Origin: a virus
DNA: 64,000 nt
Virus record (IMG/VR): IMGVR_UViG_3300016665_000619
Span: 27,088 to 91,087 of that record
Strand: one strand, 5' to 3'
The notes under the pieces were generated by a model. It was not told where the DNA came from, searched no databases, and worked only from the letters and a program-made list of their open reading frames with translations. The translations under genes and the position numbers were made by a program. Position 1 is the first letter of the stretch, and each line of letters opens with the position of its first letter. Positions 59,982 to 64,000 of this stretch are shown here, in pieces.

Positions 59982-61913
59982 ATGACAAAATCATATCCTT
60001 CAAATAAGTCTGTAATAATAGATGCTCCTGGAGAAATACAAAATCCAGATGCATCCTTTGTATATAATTTTTATTTGCCGGATGAATATATCAATGAATA
60101 TCCTTTGAATGCTGTTCCAAATAAGTTGCAAAATGATATACAAAATTATCAGAATTCATCTTTGAGACAACAACTTAAAAGAAAGATAGAAAGATTTGTT
60201 CCAAGATATGTAAATTTAAAATGGAATCCAATTACGCTGGGTAATCGACCTGATTGGATTGGTTCAGTATCTATAAAAAACAATCTAGATAAAATCTTAG
60301 ATGAAGAAACCCTGTCCTCTGATTTTTTTACCAGTCTCTTATTCAAAGACAATGGAGCTGATGGTAAAGTTCTTTACTCAATCAATAAAGCAATCGATTC
60401 TACAATCGTTCAACAATCTATAGATACCAGCAGTTTATCACAATTAGATATAGTAAAACTATTAAACTCTAGAACTTCCAATCAAGTAGAAGGAAGTTTT
60501 TTGGCAGAATCATTTATAGATTTAGAAAAGAACGGTATCAAATATATCAATAACGAAAACAAAAAAGCCATATCAGAAACAATTGTCAATCAAATGAGAA
60601 ATGTTAAACTGAAAGCTTTGTTCAACAATAAAAGAATTGCAACCCTTATAAAGTCTTCAGTCCAGCAACCGGACAATATATTCGGTGATGAAACATATGC
60701 TTCATTACCAAAAGCCAGAACAGTTCAGGAAAACGCAATAGTAGCTCGTTCTAATTCAGTAATCGATGCTGTCGATTATCAAATGAATATGCCAAACTAT
60801 ATCAGTTATAATACTGAGGTCCAGCCAGGCATATATAAGACCGATTTTCAAATAATTGGATACATAATAGAAAAAACAGAATATCCAACAACTGGACAAC
60901 CAATTGTAAAAACTCCAATTATAGTTGATTCACCAGCAGTTTCAGAATGTATTGACTATAATGTCAAGTATGGAACTCAATATGGATATACAGTAAAATC
61001 TATATTTCTACTTGAAATACCAACATATAATATTACTGATGACAGCATTGAATTTGGTATGACTACATATTTGGTGGCTTCACAAAGAAGTCCCGAAGTT
61101 TATTTAACGTGCAAAGAAAACGTTCCGCCTCCTCCTCCTGTAGATTTTGATATCACATGGGATTATCAAAGAAATCTTCCATTTTTAACATGGAATCTTC
61201 CCGTAAATCCACAACGTGATATAAAATATATACAAGTATTTAAAAGAAACGGAATTAATGAACCTTTTCAACTGTATAAGGTTTATGACTTTAACGATAG
61301 TCAAACTCCTCTATCACCTTTAGAAATGTCAGAAAATTTCATTGATCAAGTTTTGGTTGAAAATTTACGAACACCAAATGGCACAGCGTTGCCAATCAAA
61401 TATTACAGAGACGAAGAATTTACAAAGCAAGATACGGCAATATATGCAATTGCATGTATAGATGCTCATGGATATAGCTCAAACTATTCTGTTCAATTAC
61501 AAATATCTTTCGATATAAATCAAAATAAATTAATTAAGAGATCAATATCTAAACAGGGCGCTCCCAAGGCTTATCCAAACTTTTTCTTGCAAAAAGATGC
61601 TTTTGTTGATTCTATAAGAACTAGCGGTTCTAAAAAGTTGCAAATAATTTTCAATCCGGAATACTTAAAAGTTACAAGTCAAGGCAGTCCTCCAACGGAT
61701 TTGCAATTATTGAAGACAGATCAGAATTCTACTTATAAACTACAAATGATTAATATTGACCTTCAAAGTGAACAGACGGTTAATATTAATTTGAACGACA
61801 CAAGAGATCAAACTGATAAGCCCGGAACAAACAACATATCAAAAAATTCAACTACTTCAATAAATAATAACATAGGAAGCTTTACTACCGACAAGCTTAG
61901 TTTAATAAAATAA
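59982..61913 (+). CDS. Hypothetical structural protein with Fn3-like domains
   Basis: GYIIEK, DYNVKYG..Y.Y, PPPP.DF, LTW..P.NPQRDIK..QVFKR, IDAHG.SSNYS.Q. Confidence 0.6.
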   Translation: MTKSYPSNKSVIIDAPGEIQNPDASFVYNFYLPDEYINEYPLNAVPNKLQNDIQNYQNSSLRQQLKRKIERFVPRYVNLKWNPITLGNRPDWIGSVSIKNNLDKILDEETLSSDFFTSLLFKDNGADGKVLYSINKAIDSTIVQQSIDTSSLSQLDIVKLLNSRTSNQVEGSFLAESFIDLEKNGIKYINNENKKAISETIVNQMRNVKLKALFNNKRIATLIKSSVQQPDNIFGDETYASLPKARTVQENAIVARSNSVIDAVDYQMNMPNYISYNTEVQPGIYKTDFQIIGYIIEKTEYPTTGQPIVKTPIIVDSPAVSECIDYNVKYGTQYGYTVKSIFLLEIPTYNITDDSIEFGMTTYLVASQRSPEVYLTCKENVPPPPPVDFDITWDYQRNLPFLTWNLPVNPQRDIKYIQVFKRNGINEPFQLYKVYDFNDSQTPLSPLEMSENFIDQVLVENLRTPNGTALPIKYYRDEEFTKQDTAIYAIACIDAHGYSSNYSVQLQISFDINQNKLIKRSISKQGAPKAYPNFFLQKDAFVDSIRTSGSKKLQIIFNPEYLKVTSQGSPPTDLQLLKTDQNSTYKLQMINIDLQSEQTVNINLNDTRDQTDKPGTNNISKNSTTSINNNIGSFTTDKLSLIK

Positions 61914-61928
61914 GGTCTGGAGACATAT

Positions 61929-62642
61929 ATGGGATTTTTACAAGGCGATACAAATAATATTATTTTAGATGCCGTTCTTACCGACACCGGAAGAAAGTTT
62001 CTTTCACAAAACAATCAAAGCTTCAAAGTTAGTAAGTTTGCTCTTGGAGATGATGAAATTGATTACGGTATTATACAGAAGTATGGAAGAACTGTTGGCA
62101 AAGAAAAGATTGAGAAAAATACTCCAATCTTCGAAGCATTAACAAATGGTTCATTAGCGCAAAAATATCGTTGTGTATCTGTTTCTGACCCAAATCTAAT
62201 ATATTTGCCAAGCATTAGCCTTGTTGGAAATGGCACCAATATTCAAATAGGTGCTTCAAATGCTAAAACTTCAAACGTAACAATACAACAAGTTTTTGCT
62301 GATCCATTGAACGTTAATAGTGAGTTAGTTGATGCTACATATTTGGTTCAAATAAACTCTCAGTTCTTAGATATTGATAAAGAAACCCCTGAATATACAG
62401 AATCTCAAAATCAAACATCAACATATTTGATCCCATCTACTGCTGGCAGAGCTTCAGATACAAACGGTTCCGTTCTTAATTTCACTTTAAGAACTCGTTC
62501 TATTACTAGCTCACAGTTTCAAATATATGGCGCAGTAAATGGAACAAGCACTAAGACTACAATCAATACGTATATGAAAGTTACGGGTCTACAATCTGGT
62601 GCTACACTAGACATTTTGGTTCAAATTAACAAATTAACCTGA
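61929..62642 (+). CDS. Conserved tail/baseplate-region protein
   Basis: MGFL...IILDAVLTDTGR..L....F.VSKFALGDDEIDY, P.FEA; GGAG SD. Confidence 0.65.
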   Translation: MGFLQGDTNNIILDAVLTDTGRKFLSQNNQSFKVSKFALGDDEIDYGIIQKYGRTVGKEKIEKNTPIFEALTNGSLAQKYRCVSVSDPNLIYLPSISLVGNGTNIQIGASNAKTSNVTIQQVFADPLNVNSELVDATYLVQINSQFLDIDKETPEYTESQNQTSTYLIPSTAGRASDTNGSVLNFTLRTRSITSSQFQIYGAVNGTSTKTTINTYMKVTGLQSGATLDILVQINKLT

Positions 62643-62657
62643 TAAGGAAAAAGTATA

Positions 62658-63848
62658 ATGGCTACTTTTCAAGCGTTTGACAATCAAGACATAAAATCTA
62701 CAACTTCTTATTTAAACCAATTGGTTGATATCATTGGTTCCGATATTTCCGGTTCATCCACAAGAAAAGAATATCAAGTATTCGTAACTGGAGGTCTTGG
62801 TCCAGGAGTTACGTCTTCCTTGTTCCAAACTGTATTTGACCAAGATTTCACTTTACAAACTGCAAATCCAGTTTTCGATATAACTTATGGATATGCTACA
62901 GGTTCATCAATAGTATCTGCTTGGTCCCCTACCATAGATGCAAATGGCAAATATATCTTCCCTGTAAACTCTCTTATGATGAGAGAAAAGCTTGATATAT
63001 ATCGTCTGTTTGCTCGTGAATTACTTGGGGATGAAAATGCCGTATTTACTGCAACAGCACCTTCATCAAACAACACAATAGAAATAAAAGAAGCCATTTT
63101 CATTTGTTTCAAACGTTTGTTTGCACGTGACAAGGTTAAAAGAGAAACAACAGCAATTAGATTTTTTGTGTCCGCTTCCGGTGGCGGCGCTGCGATTCCA
63201 ACTCCAGCCGGTGTAAGCAACAATATTGTTAAAACTGGCGTTAGCGCATCAATTCTTACAGATATTAATTCAAGCACTAACAAATATTATACAGTTGGTG
63301 GCGAAGCTGCCGTTTTGGTTGATTCTGCCAACACAACAAATCCATATGGATTATTGTTCCTTGATCGTGGTATTATGATTCTTGATATGTCAAGAAGTTT
63401 TGATCAAAGAACTTATATTTCTGGGGCGATTGATTCTGTCGAATATAGCAGCGGCATAAATCCAAATATGTCTGCATCACTTTGCATGTTTGGCGCTTCT
63501 GCCTCTATTGATAACTTCCTTGATCACTTGTGTTCTACAAGATTTACAGCCTCAAATGAGACTGCAATGACTTTCCAGAACGTAACAAATATCAATAGCA
63601 CAATATTCTTCTGTCGTGCAAATCCAGATTCATTCAACTATTCTTCCAATCCAACATTCACAGATGATAATAATAGAATAGTTGTTATTGATGAAGGACA
63701 AGAATTAGAACAAGAAGCATTTACGTTTGTCTCTTCAATCGGATTGTATGATGACAATAACAATCTTCTTGGAGTAGCAAAGCTTTCACGCCCAGTTCTT
63801 AAAGATTCCGAAAGAGATATTACTTTCAAAGTAAGACTTGATTTCTGA
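62658..63848 (+). CDS. Conserved tail/baseplate structural protein
   Basis: C-terminal FCRA...FNYSSNPTF...FVSSIGLYD....LLGVAKLSRP..K......VRLDF. Confidence 0.7.
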   Translation: MATFQAFDNQDIKSTTSYLNQLVDIIGSDISGSSTRKEYQVFVTGGLGPGVTSSLFQTVFDQDFTLQTANPVFDITYGYATGSSIVSAWSPTIDANGKYIFPVNSLMMREKLDIYRLFARELLGDENAVFTATAPSSNNTIEIKEAIFICFKRLFARDKVKRETTAIRFFVSASGGGAAIPTPAGVSNNIVKTGVSASILTDINSSTNKYYTVGGEAAVLVDSANTTNPYGLLFLDRGIMILDMSRSFDQRTYISGAIDSVEYSSGINPNMSASLCMFGASASIDNFLDHLCSTRFTASNETAMTFQNVTNINSTIFFCRANPDSFNYSSNPTFTDDNNRIVVIDEGQELEQEAFTFVSSIGLYDDNNNLLGVAKLSRPVLKDSERDITFKVRLDF

Positions 63849-63870
63849 TACATCAGATTGAACATATGCT

Positions 63871-64000
63871 ATGTCAATACAACGAGTTACACCAGATGAT
63901 TTTGAGACGTTTACAATTGAAACCAATCCAAGAAGAACTTATATAAGCTCTTCGACAGATGGAGTAACCGGCTCGCTTTATCTTTTCGCTCGGAGATCGA
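63871..64000 (+). CDS. Start of next structural gene (3'-truncated by the window)
   Basis: ATG at 63871 is open to the end: MSIQRVTPDDFETFTIETNPRRTYISSSTDGVTGSLYLFARRS. Confidence 0.6.
   Translation, partial: MSIQRVTPDDFETFTIETNPRRTYISSSTDGVTGSLYLFARRS

Larger units (their letters stand above)
1..64000 (+). mobile_element. Segment of a large contractile-tailed (myovirus-like/jumbo) bacteriophage genome
   Basis: Dense single-strand gene array with gp25-like and gp6-like baseplate genes, a gp55-like sigma factor, tail-fibre motifs, Prim-Pol and a Cas4-like nuclease; no cellular housekeeping operons. Confidence 0.93.

Noticed and set aside
1-64000. Stop-codon reassignment, as in some large phages
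   Set aside because: Code 11 gives near-complete coding density, and TAA, TGA and TAG (21357, 53073) all end genes at sensible boundaries.

Overview
The window is a 64-kb segment of a large tailed-phage genome with a contractile tail. It is AT-rich, uses the standard genetic code, and essentially all real genes lie on the + strand, many coupled by ATGA/TGATG overlaps. Layout: (1) 1-10404: fibre/adhesin-like virion proteins, including a 1459-aa acidic coiled-coil fibre with its own structured leader and terminator, a Prim-Pol primase and a LamG protein. (2) 10476-14400: small genes with sigma70-like promoters, an IMPDH/GMP-reductase-family enzyme and a Cas4/AddB-like Fe-S nuclease. (3) 14548-33016, plus 11313: about 22 glycan biosynthesis and decoration genes (GT2/GT4/CgeB-like transferases, ugd, gmd, fcl, two DegT aminotransferases, two hexapeptide acyltransferases, four methyltransferase-like genes, WbqC, a PhyH dioxygenase, a GH propeller), with no flippase, polymerase or priming transferase. 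(4) 33013-36063: a gp55-like late sigma factor and a KxDG ligase-like protein. (5) 36112-64000: a baseplate/tail module (gp5-like, gp25-like, gp6-like, LamG and BNR proteins). The most interesting hypothesis is a phage-encoded cytoplasmic virion-glycosylation system: a subset of the virion proteins is strongly enriched in a [S/T]-G-S tripeptide that could be the acceptor sequon. Also noted are a candidate ATAnTTA late promoter giving near-leaderless transcripts and an unannotated 46-aa acidic ORF. No tRNA, rRNA, CRISPR array, integrase or transposase was seen. All product calls come from motif recognition by eye, not from database searches.
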